DNA from: Mobula hypostoma | Lineage: Eukaryota | Direction: 5' to 3' | Length of the DNA: 64,000 nt | Assembly (NCBI RefSeq): GCF_963921235.1 | Contig: NC_086121.1 | Span: forward strand, 20,894,001 to 20,958,000 | In this document: piece by piece, positions 63,234 through 64,000 of the stretch | Numbering within the stretch: the stretch's first letter is position 1 | How the letters are laid out: each line of letters begins with the position of its first letter | Made by a program: the position numbers and the translations under genes | The notes under the pieces: model-generated | Database searches by the model: none | Told to the model about the DNA's origin: nothing | Seen by the model: only the letters and a program-made list of their open reading frames with translations

Positions 63234-64000
63234 CAAACACGAGGAAATCTGCAGATGCTGGAAATTCAAGCAACACACACAAAAAATGCTGATGAATGCA
63301 GCAGGCCAGGCAGCACCTATAGGAAGAGGTACAGTTGATATTTTGGGCCGAGACCCTTCGTCAGGACTAATTGAAAGAAGAGATAGTAAGAGATTTGAAG
63401 GTGGGAGCGGGAGGGGGAGATCCGAAATGATAGGAGAAGACAGGAGGGGGAGGGATGGAGCTAAGAGTTGGAAAGTTGATTGGCAAAAGGGATACCAGGC
63501 TGGAGAAGGGGGAGGATCATGGAATGGGAGGCCTAGGGAGAAAGAAAGGCGGGGGAGAAGCCCAGAGGATGGGCAAGGAGTTATAGTGAGAGGGACAGAG
63601 GGAGCCATCCCCTCGCAATTCCTCCATCTCCGCCGCATCTGCTGTCAGGATGAGGCTTTTCATTCCAGGACGAAGTAGATGTCCTTTTTTTTAAGAGAAA
63701 GGGGCTTCCCTTCCTCCACCATCAACTCTGCTCTCAAATGCATCTCTCCCATTTCACGCATATCTGTTCTCACCCCATCCTCCCGCCACCCCACTAGGAA
63801 TAGGGTTCCCCTTGTCCTCAGCTACCACCCCACCAGCCTCCGGGTCCAAAATATATTTCTTTGTAACTTCCGCCACCTCCAATGGGATCCCACCAGTAAG
63901 CACATCTCCTCCCCCCCCCCACTCTTTCTGCTTTCCACAGGGATTGCTCCCTATGCAACTCCCTCCTCCATTCTTCGTCCCCCCATCCCTTCCCACTGAT
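63234..64000 (+). mobile_element. Penelope element, 5'-truncated, preceded by an inverted pLTR (63234-63603); runs off the window
   Basis: AIPSQFLHLRRICCQDEAFHSR..RGFPSS..VPLVLSYHP on +; pLTR on -. Confidence 0.9.

Noticed and set aside
52758-64000. UBR4 exon 2 (ESEILHHEKQYEPFY-like)
   Set aside because: Not found by eye; presumably beyond the window end

Overview
Vertebrate genomic DNA, not prokaryotic. The repeat set (HE1/V-SINE-like, CR1, Rex1/Babar, Penelope) suggests a cartilaginous fish, probably a ray; this is inference. The window holds the conserved block AKR7A (last exon, +) - MRTO4 (complete, 8 exons, 234 aa, -) - EMC1 (complete, 22 exons, 961 aa, +) - UBR4 (first coding exon, +). 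MRTO4 and EMC1 sit head-to-head on a shared CpG-rich promoter. Exons were assembled by hand from GT/AG boundaries, with reading phase consistent throughout. Introns are dense with retroelements: CR1 (one near full length with an esterase ORF1), Rex1/Babar (one full length with a TSD), RTE-derived SINEs, V-SINEs, Tc1 remnants and many Penelope-like element (PLE) copies. The most interesting non-coding signal is a minimal type I hammerhead ribozyme motif in the PLE terminal repeats (AGUC-CUGAYGA-stem II-GAAACGUC-GACU). Its palindromic ACGU helix III implies a dimeric fold. Intact copies lie in sense orientation, in pairs, inside the MRTO4 and EMC1 pre-mRNAs, and most PLE copies have fold-back (5'-inverted) ends, several with 14-15 bp TSDs. 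Hammerheads in PLEs are already known; any effect on the host transcripts is hypothesis only.
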